DNA of 64,000 bases, taken from NCBI GenBank assembly GCA_024679065.1, contig JAGIQG010000026.1, positions 36,084,001 through 36,148,000 of the forward strand. Reading direction: 5' to 3'. Below the pieces are notes generated by a model, which was not told the DNA's origin, searched no databases, and was given only the letters and a program-made list of their open reading frames with translations. Position 1 is the stretch's first letter. Each line of letters begins with the position of its first letter. The position numbers and the translations under genes are program-made. The stretch comes from Sphyrna mokarran (lineage: Eukaryota). Positions 54,377-64,000 of this stretch are shown here, piece after piece.

Positions 54377-57300
54377 AAAGTATTACATAGTAGGTTTTCT
54401 AAAACCATCTAATCCCACTTTGTGCTATATTGCCAGTGTACTCTGCACACAAGATCCCAGCTAAAAGTCCATTCCTGGTTTAATTTAACCCAAGAGATAA
54501 GTCTTGTACCAAAGTTACACTAACAGAAAGGTCTTTCATGTCATGCCAGAACTTTTATAAAAAGCCAGTATGACCACCGATCAGTAGTTGAAAGACAATG
54601 CACCACCTGCTCCCTTAAGATCCCCTATGCAAATGTTTATCTCACAAACATGTACAGCATATAAATTGCACTGTGATCAAAACCAGCAATACATGTTTAA
54701 CACTGCAGCACTATAGTGGCACTAAATTAATTATGGTTGAATTAATCATTATGGTTGAATAACTGATTAGTAGTCACCCAACCTCTCACTGAAACGAAAC
54801 CTGCAGAATAAACCCAGCTGAGGACAAAAGCAACAATAAAGTCTATCCATTGCACATTCATTAGAAAGGAATTGGCAGTGGGATAAAAATATTTTCCTGA
54901 AATTTACAATAATTTATGCAATGTTCTTTACACCGTGACTGCAAAAGTGAAACCCTTACAGCGAGCAGCTTTATTGAAACTTTCATTTCAGACAAAATGT
55001 GCTATCTCAATAAGTACAATGCATTGACAAGAACAGGCATGATTTTCTGAGTATTTTAGCACTTTTGGTTATAATTTCAGACTTGCAGCATCTGCAGTAT
55101 TTTTTTTTAAATTGGGCAGAGTAGCTAAGCCTTATTACTGAACTACTTTTCCATTAGCTTTCACTGAACAATTTTGAGTGCCTTTTCACTTGGCTATCAT
55201 AAGTCCCATTTTACACTTTCTTACGTCCAACTCACAGAAAATTAGAAGAATGCTAGATATATACTGCACTAGCATCACTTTTGGCAAAAGGTACACAATA
55301 TGAAAAGGAAAAGGATGGCGTCTCATCATTTCTGGAAGGCAGTCAGAGTCACAACAAAGCAACAATGATGACTGAAAACGAAGAATTAAAGGTGACAGAA
55401 AAAATTATTTGTTCAGTTGTTTTGGGAGTAAACGTAAACAGAAGACTGTAAAATACAAAAAATTAGCTATCACTTTATATATTGTTGGAAGTAAGCAGTC
55501 AACACTTTCTAAAACTTCCATTTCAGCTTAGAAATTTACTCAATCAGCACAATCTTTGATCATAGAACACTGAGAAACTGAATAACCTACAAAAGTTGTG
55601 ATAGGTGAGGTATTCTGAAGTTAGTCAAAAACCACTCAACTTTATTATATTTATTTCTCTCTCCATCACCATAAAAGGCTGAGCACCAAGTAAATCTGTC
55701 ATCTCCAAGCGTCACAAATTTTAACACAAGGTTCAATGTGATTATAAATGCACAGTACAATTATCGTCATTTCTGGTGAATTTTATCAAAGGGCTGATAA
55801 TCTATCTTGATGTCAATGAATTATTGCACTCTTTGCTCTGGCCTCTCTTCATCCCACCTCCCTACTGCCAAACCTAACTCCATGCCAGCTTTGGGCAGGT
55901 CCATCTAAGTTTACACCAATTATTTTCCTGTGAACCTTTTCACGTAACACTGCCCCTCAATCCTTTTCAAGTCACCAATATAAAACATCAGACCTGATAA
56001 GGAATACATTTCACCATGACCTTTGTTCCTTCCCCTCCTAAAAGTTAAACAGTCCACCAACTGTCTGTCTAGGTTCAGTGGTGAGGAATGGTCATGGACT
56101 ATCTTGTACTTTTTTGAGCGTTTTTGACCATTGCTGCTTAATGTCCATGCCTACAAATTAGTTTGGAACAGGTTAAATTCATATCTTGCGCATAAATCCA
56201 CTGTTCCATTTAGGTCAAACTAAAAATTAAAAGATTTAAAAATTAAACGAACCATCTGTATGGATTGTCAGCTTAAAGGTATTCAAAGGCTGTTTTTGTT
56301 TTGGTAGGGTGACATAGCAAAATTAGGAGTAGAAATACTTATTTTGATATCTTTTGAATTTCTTGCAATTGAAAAAGCGTGACACTAGACAACTACTAAC
56401 AATGACAATTACTAAATGAGCAGCATGGAATGACACATTAAATACTCTTAGATTTACACAAGAGTATCAGTCTTTGCGAGGGACATAGGGACAAGGAGTG
56501 GGTGAAGAGGAGAGTGAAAGAAATATTCCAATGGGCTCTGCAACCACAGGACAAGGAAAGAAAAGCAGCTTGGTATTCCATTCTATTTTCAAATCCTCTT
56601 CATTATACTCATGCAATCCAAAAGAGTGACCAATTCCCGCTTCCCCATCCACTTGATTGAGTGACTGAATAAACCAGATAAATGGTTTAACTATTAAGGC
56701 GTGCAAGCACAAATTGGTTTGGTAAGTACTGAAGAGTAACGTGTCAGAGGTGAGGGGAAGTCAATTCATCTTTAATGGTAAATGCCTGCACTATTTTGCC
56801 TTGTGAATCATGCTGGGGAGAAATTGCTGCATCCACTGAAAAGGAAAATGAGGTCAATGCGATAAACCTCCAAGATACCACAGAGAAAGAAGCCTTTGGT
56901 CCCTTCTTAACAGCAAAGGTGAAGGATCCAAATGGATCTAAAAATGCAAGAAAAAAATTCCTTCACTGGAGTTACAATTTGGATTGCATTGAACAGCGAG
57001 AAAAATGCTTATTACATCTCAAAATTTGTCCCCTTTTCTCTCCCCATAGATTACTCTTCCTAGTGTGCACGTTCCCAAGCAGTGTTAGTTTCCCAAGTAC
57101 AATGAATTCATCTCGAGACCAATCAGTATTCAGATCTTTTGAGATCAGCAGAGAACAGAGAAAGACAAGAGAGGGGAAAAGGAAGCAAAGCGAGAATGAT
57201 GTCACTTGTAGTTTCAGCATGTGGGGTTAAGGGAAAAATAAATTTCTACAATATAAAATATCTTTCACTTCCCTAATGCCATGAACTCTTCCAAGACCAG

Positions 57301-58499
57301 GTCAATAACAAACGATATGAAAAATTAAAACTGCTCTCAATGAATCATAAGTGTACTGCATGAAAATAGCATAGCTGTGACAGAACCGAGGTACTAAATT
57401 CAACATCCATCATAAAAATAGCTAACTGCCTTCAATGATTAATACACTAAGCCTGAAAGATACTTTCAGTTTTATAGCACCAGTAATTATTTTATCTTTC
57501 ACGCTTATATGTGCTTTTAAATCTACCCCACAAACATCAATTGAACAGATTTAACACCAAAGATTTGCACTTCCCAAATTGTGTCTGTCATTCAGAAGGC
57601 AGAATAACAACATGATCTTTAATCCGTGCATGATGCCATCAGAATAGAGTAACTTAATGTGCTTTCTTCGCTATCAGTTTAAGCATTTAATATGTTAACT
57701 ACCATTCCATTACCTATTCTTTCAAAAGTTGGGCATTCTACCTTCCGAAGTTGTTAGTTGAAATAGTCCTGCCATTCTTTGAATCCTTAGTGGCAAATGC
57801 TAAAATATCTGTCCAATTTTAGCAAAATATCAAGGAAGGCAGCATCCAATAGAGATATTGTCTGATACAAAATAATGCTATGGAAAAGGCTGAGAGGAAA
57901 ACATGCTTACAATGCTGGAAAATCTGTTTAAACCAGATTGTGACGTGAACTTACATTAATCTATATGTACAACAATGACATGACAATGTTTCTTCAATCA
58001 ACAGCACACAAATATTTAATAAGGCAAACTCCCAACCTGAACAGCAGCTGGTACCTCACTTTGAATGATACAGGAAATTAGGAGAGTTGAAAACAACAAG
58101 ATTGTTTCTCTTATTCTTTTCTATTCGTATTTATGGGGAGATGGTTCTGTATTGGTAATACTAATACTCTGGGAGCATGGCCTCAATTCCATCAAAGCAG
58201 CTGATGGAATCTGAATTAAATTAATGTGGGAATTCAGTGCTCTTTGCATTTCTCTCCTTTGCTTTCCAATCTGTCTTAAATCTTCAGCCAGTGGTCTTGC
58301 CTTGCTGCAACAGTACAGGCTACAAGGGAAAAAGCCAATTGCTAAGTAGTGAATAAAGTCAGGTTAAATATTTATTACTTTTATTGCTTAACGCTTGTAA
58401 GGTCTTTTTGTGGTTTAAAATTTGTATATTCTGCAGTAACAAGGATCAGGAAAGAAGGGCCCTGGAGCAATTGATTTTAATCATGGCAAGAGAGTTCAA

Positions 58500-61235
58500 A
58501 GCTGTGGTATGCTCCTGTGCTCCATGTGTGGCAAATCAGGAACCTTTACAGTGCCCAGGGCTCGCATGTGTGCAGGAAGTGTCTCCAGCTACAGTTCCTG
58601 AATGCCTAAGTTTCAAGGCTGGAATGGCAGCTGGGAACAGTGAGCATTTGAAGCTGAGAGTACTGTTGATAGTACATACAGAGAAGTGGTCAGACCGCAG
58701 GTTAAGATTCCACAGACATTCCACAGTGAATGGGTGACCACTAGGCAGAGTATGAGCATTAGGCAGGCAATGCAGGAACCCCCTGTGCAAGTCCCTTGCA
58801 AACAGATATAGCTTTGGATGTTATTCAGAGGACTAATCTCTGAGAGATCATTGAAAGCAGTAATAGCTAAATTTGTTGCATCTAAATTTGTTGGCTCTGC
58901 TGCATAGGAGGAGGAAGAGAAAATTTGGGAATGCAATAGTTCTAGGGGATTAAATTTAAGGGGAATAGAAAGGCATTTCTGTGGCTGCAAAGAAGGCTCC
59001 AGGATGGTATGCTGCCTCCCAGGTGCTAGGATCAACAATGTGTTTGAGTTTCTGGGCAGGCACGGTGGCTAGCATTGCTGCCTCACAACTCCAGGAACCT
59101 GGGTTCAATTCCCTGCTTGGGTCACTCTCTGTGTGGAGTTTGTATGTTCTCCCCATGTCTACATGGGTTTCTCCTGGGTGCTTCCAGAGTCCAAAGATGT
59201 GCAGAGTAGGTGGACTGACCATGCTAAATTGATCTTTAGAGTCCTGGGGTGTGTAGCTTAGGGGGATTAGTGGAGTTCATGTGTGGTGTAATGGGAATAG
59301 GGCCTGCGTGGGATTGTTGTGGGCGCAGACTCGATGAGCAAAATGGCCTCCTTCTGTAGTGTAGGGAGTCTATGATTTTCAGTAGCTGCAGGATATTCTG
59401 GAGAAAAGGGTGAACAGCCTGTGGTGGTGTTGCACATTGGTGCCAATGACATAGTAAAAAAAAGAGGTCCTAAAAGTGAAATATAGAGAGTTAGGAAGTT
59501 GTAAACTAGGATCTCAAAAGGTACTGATCTCAGGATTCTACCAGTGCCACATGCTAGTCAGAGTAGAAACATTAGGATATATTGGATGAATACGTAGCTG
59601 GAAAGAGAAGTTTCAGATTTTTGGGAAGTTGGAACCAGTTCTAGGTGGGAGCAGTACAAACTGGACGGAGTTGAAAGGAAAAGCATACGAAAAGACAAAA
59701 GTCAATGAGAATCCTGAAGACTGAGATAAATTCAGAATCCAGCAAAGGAGGCCTAAAAATTTAATGAGAGAGAAAATAAATGAGGGTAATTAGCAACGAA
59801 TATAAAAACAATAAGAGCTTCTTTAAACATATAAAAAGGTTAAAATGATAACAGGCCCTTAGAAAATGAATCTGAGGAGATACTTATGAGGAAACAAGGA
59901 AATGGCAACTGAGTTAAACAGATATTTTGCATCAGTCTTTAGGTTGGAAGATACTTTGAACATCCCATTAAAACTAAATAATACAGGGGAAAAATTAAGT
60001 ACAATCACTAGAGCAGCAGTATTAAACAAACTAATGAGGCTGAAGGTAGCTAAGTCCTGATGATATGCATTCTAGGATTCAAAAAGAAGCAGCTACAGAG
60101 ACAGTGGAAGCACTGGTTATAATTTTCCAAAACTCCTTGGATTCTGGAGAAGTACTGGAGGATTGGCAAACTGTCAATATGACATCATTATTCAAAAAGG
60201 AAAAAAGTGGATAACTGTAGGCTGATTGGCCTAATATCTATTGTTGGAAAAAGGTTGGAATCAGTTGTTAAGGAAGCAATAGCAGCACATTTGGAAAATC
60301 ATTATCTAGTCAAGTAGTCAGTAAAGCTTCATGGAAGAGAAATTGTATCTGACTAATTTATTAGTTTTTTGAGGAAAAAGCAGATAGAAGGGAGCTAGTA
60401 ATATATTGTATACGGATTTCCAGAAGGTGTTCTCACAAAATGTTGCTGTCGGATAAAAGTTCATGGTGTTAGAGGTAGTAACATGAAGTCACAGATGATC
60501 ACTCAAATGGTAGTGATATAACCTGAAGATCAGCACATCTAACACTTGCCCCTCACCTGAGAAGGCAGGGCCTTCATGAATAACCTCATCCAGCACAGGA
60601 ACTGAACCCATGCTGTTGTCTTGGCTTTGTATCATTAACCAGCTGTCCAGCCAATTGAACTAAACTTGAAAATATATATTGGCAGAGATACAGGATTGGC
60701 TAATGGGCAGAAAATAACAAGTGGGGATAAGGTTTTTTTCAGGTATGCGACCTATAACCAGTGGGGTTCCACAGGGATCAGTGCTGGGATCACAATATAT
60801 ATTAATGACTTGAAGGAGGAAGCAAATGTACTGTAGCCAAATTTTCAGACAACATAAAAATAGGTGGAAAGGCAGGTTGCGAGAGGGATACAAAAGTTTA
60901 CAAAGAGATATTGACATTAAATGACTGGGCAAAAAGTTGGCAAATGGTGTATAATAATGTTCTTTTTGAAATGAAGGACAAAAAAATTTTTACTTAAACG
61001 GAGAAAAACTGCAGAAAGCTGCAACACATGCAGCAGGTAATCATGAAGGCTAATGGAACGTTGGCTATTATTTCAAGGAATTTGGAGTATTAAAGTAAGG
61101 AAGTCCTGCTACAACAATATAAGGTACTGGCGAGACCACACCTGGAATTCTGTGATCAGTTTTGGTCCTCTTACTTAAGTAAAGATATTATTTCATTGGA
61201 GGTTCACCAAGATGATTCCCAGTATGGAGAGATTA
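58500..61235 (+). mobile_element. Decayed CR1 LINE with esterase-type ORF1 and ORF2 pieces, in an ELAVL1 intron
   Basis: VVLHIGANDI (SGNH esterase block), SGVPQGSVLG and VLARPHLEF motifs. A short SINE-like insert lies at about 60480-60665. Confidence 0.85.
59054..59374 (+). mobile_element. HE1/V-SINE nested in CR1
   Basis: Head, V domain and tail as in the other copies; it interrupts CR1 ORF1. Confidence 0.9.
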
Positions 61236-61267
61236 CTTTCCCAAAGATTTGTGTATGAAACATATTA

Positions 61268-61543
<276 letters not shown>

Positions 61544-62027
61544 TTACCTGTGAAAAAAAAAAACCATACATCACATTGTCTGAGAAAGAGGTAACTTAGC
61601 CAAGATCCTGAGAATCAACAATACCAGTGAACAGAAGCTGCAAACAATGCAATGGAGTGCATCAAGTCCTGCCTGAATTAAGTACATAATGAATTTTATT
61701 TTGGTCTCTGAACTTTCTTTTTCAGTCAGTTGGATTGGGAAGCGGAATGCAACCATAATTCCTATTTACATTTCAACTGTGAAAAAAAAAATCAGTGCCG
61801 CATTTATGAATTTGAAACCACCTGAACCTAAGTAAGTGACTGGAAAACTCAGTTTAGTTAGAGAACATTACAGTGAAGAAGAAATGTTCATCGTTTTTGG
61901 TATTGGACAATACCAATTAAATACATCACAGAAGTGATGTCATTTGATTTAAGATTATTCATCCCAACCACATTCTCTACATAAAACAAATTTTTTTTCT
62001 CTTCTGTACACCAGTTTAATACAAAAC

Positions 62028-62372
62028 TCTTGGGGATCATTTCGAGAGTGTTTTCCTAGAGATGCCTTCTGGCTAAAATCAAGTGTAGTGTTGACATGCT
62101 GCACTTGGTTGAAGTCACTGGGTTATATTTCAGCTTCATTTGAAGCAATTTTTTAAAGCAGTATCTTGGCCTTTTGGCTAAGATGCAAATTAGATCAAGC
62201 CTTGGAGGAGGAGCTACACCTACTCCAATCAGCTGGGATCATATAGATCAAGCCCAAGACAGGTGGTGAGAGCCCTGTCTTGTCAGCTTAGATCGGGAAT
62301 GTCTCAACTTGTTGGGACTCTGAATTGGCTTTAATTTGACTTGATTGGATTGGAATAAAGTTGCAAAAAAAA
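62028..62372 (+). mobile_element. Retroposed element containing U2 snRNA-derived segments
   Basis: 62064-62089 matches U2 nt 12-37 at 24/26 and 62164-62184 matches U2 nt 7-27 at 20/21. It ends in AATAAA and poly(A). Perfect 15-bp TSD agtttaatacaaaac (62013-62027 and 62373-62387). Confidence 0.88.
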
Positions 62373-62675
62373 AGTTTAATACAAAACACAAGGAAATTCG
62401 TCAAAAGTGCCAGATCAAGTGATTTGTCATATTTGTAATTTACTGCTGCAAGTGATATAAAAGATTATTCCTGGTAAGAGCTATGTCACAGTAAAATAAT
62501 TCAGTTCCTTTGTTTTCAGAATGGTTTAGTAGTTTAAAACTTCTGGCATATTACATTAAAAGTGTCTACCTGGCATGTTGCTTGGAGATAAAAAAAAGGT
62601 TTAGAAAAGCACATCAAGGAAAATAACTTGTTTATATTTTCACCAGAAGTCCAACATTTCATTCAATATAAATCA

Positions 62676-63760
62676 CATAAGAACATAAGTAGGAGGAGTA
62701 GAGGTAAACCTTATGGCACATTGAGCCTCCTCTGCTATTCCGTATCAAGCCCCTTCAGAATCTTGTATTTTTCAATGAGATTGTTCTTATTCTTCTAAAC
62801 TCCAGAAAATAGAGGCCCAATTTGCTCAACCACTCATTAGCAGACCATCTCTAGGTATACACAGGAAGATATAGGAGGGGCATCCAAGGTACGTTCTTTA
62901 CTCAGAGCGGTTGGGAGTGGAATGAACTGCCTGCCGTGATAGCGGAGTCAGACATTTTAGGAACTTTCAAGTGGTTATTGGATAGGCACATGGAGCACAC
63001 TAGAATGATTGAGAGTGGGATAGCTAAATCTTGGTTTTGGATAAAGTTCGGCACAACAAGGACAAAGGATTTGTACTGTGTTCTACTGTTCTATGTTCTA
63101 ACCCTCTCATCCCAGGGGCCAATTTAGTGAATCTTTGCTATACCATCTCCAATGCAAGTATATATTTTCTTAAATGTGGGGACAAAACCAGCACACAGTA
63201 TTCCAGATGTGGTCTCACTAAAACCTTGTACAATTTTAACATTACTTCTCTATTTCTGATCACCAATTTGCTTATAGTAATGGTCAAAATGCCAATTGCC
63301 TTGTTAATTGCTTACTGTATCTGCACATTGCGCTTGTTAAAGGAATGCAGAATGTCAATCAAGTCTTAATATCAAAAGTTTCATAGCTTTTAAAAATATT
63401 CTTCTTTTCTACTAATAACAGCAAAGTGAACAACTTCATATTTTCCTTCATTACATTCCATCTGCAACCTTGTTGCCCATTCACCTAATGCATCTATATC
63501 TACTTGCGTCATTTGATTCCCCTCTCAAGCTTACCACTTTTCATGGTCTCTTCATTTACATCATTAGTGCAAGTGGTAAATAGCTGAGGCCTTAGCGCTG
63601 ATACTTGAGACACCTCAATATTCACTGAATGCCAACTTGAAAATGCTCCGCTCGTGCGCATTCTCTGCTTCCTGTCAGTTAACCAATCTTCTACCCATGT
63701 TAATATATTACCCCCAACACTACGTTTCCTTACCTTATCCCTTATCCACCTGAAACGCTG
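62676..63760. mobile_element. CR1 3' remnants (a minus-strand copy with a plus-strand copy nested at about 62850-63100)
   Basis: cataagaacataag tail, WNELPAVIAESDILGTFK, ttctatgttcta tail, and cacagtattccagatgtggtct (reverse of RPHLEYC). Confidence 0.75.
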
Positions 63761-64000
63761 CTTTCACAAAGCCTAAGTACAATGGGATATAATTTATATT
63801 ATACTATAAAGAGGGAAACATGAATTTCCAGGTCAATCTGCTCTCAGTACCTAAATCCTAGAGTTCTTGTGTATTCTCTACACTTAAACTTTCTGCACAG
63901 CCAACAATAAATAGATGTCAGAGAATGAATTGGACCACAACCAAATGATAAAGGAAGTAAAAAATATCAGGAAGAATAAATTCGACCCAATATAATCTTG

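Noticed and set aside
56775-57230. 151-aa ORF and the many other short ORFs in the track
   Set aside because: No recognisable domains. They are intronic, antisense to TEs or SINE-derived, as expected by chance.
62064-62200. Functional U2 snRNA gene
   Set aside because: Only 5' fragments match; stem II and the 3' half are absent, and the segment lies inside a TSD-flanked poly(A) insert.

Overview
Eukaryotic vertebrate DNA, almost certainly from a cartilaginous fish (shark), judged from HE1/V-SINEs, CR1 LINEs, Penelope-like elements and the Ig light-chain sequence. The left part (+ strand) is the 3' end of an immunoglobulin light-chain locus, most like the sigma isotype. It has one intact C exon (1522-1844), a decayed J with a 23-bp-spacer RSS (15892-15965) and two progressively decayed C copies. 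One copy is broken by a locally templated inverted duplication, the other by nested SINE, Penelope and CR1 insertions. The right part (- strand) is the complete coding region of ELAVL1/HuR (5 coding exons, 340 aa), followed by a long TE-poor stretch that may be a very long 3' UTR. The most unusual observations are: a TSD-flanked, poly(A)-tailed retroposon carrying U2 snRNA modules at a U2-like target site; a dual acceptor/donor site (CAG|GTAAGT) at the ELAVL1 start-codon exon with a twin acceptor upstream; a palindromic Penelope-derived insert with hammerhead-like cores; and a CR1 family with a V-SINE built into its 3' UTR. All family assignments come from motif recognition by eye; no database search was run.
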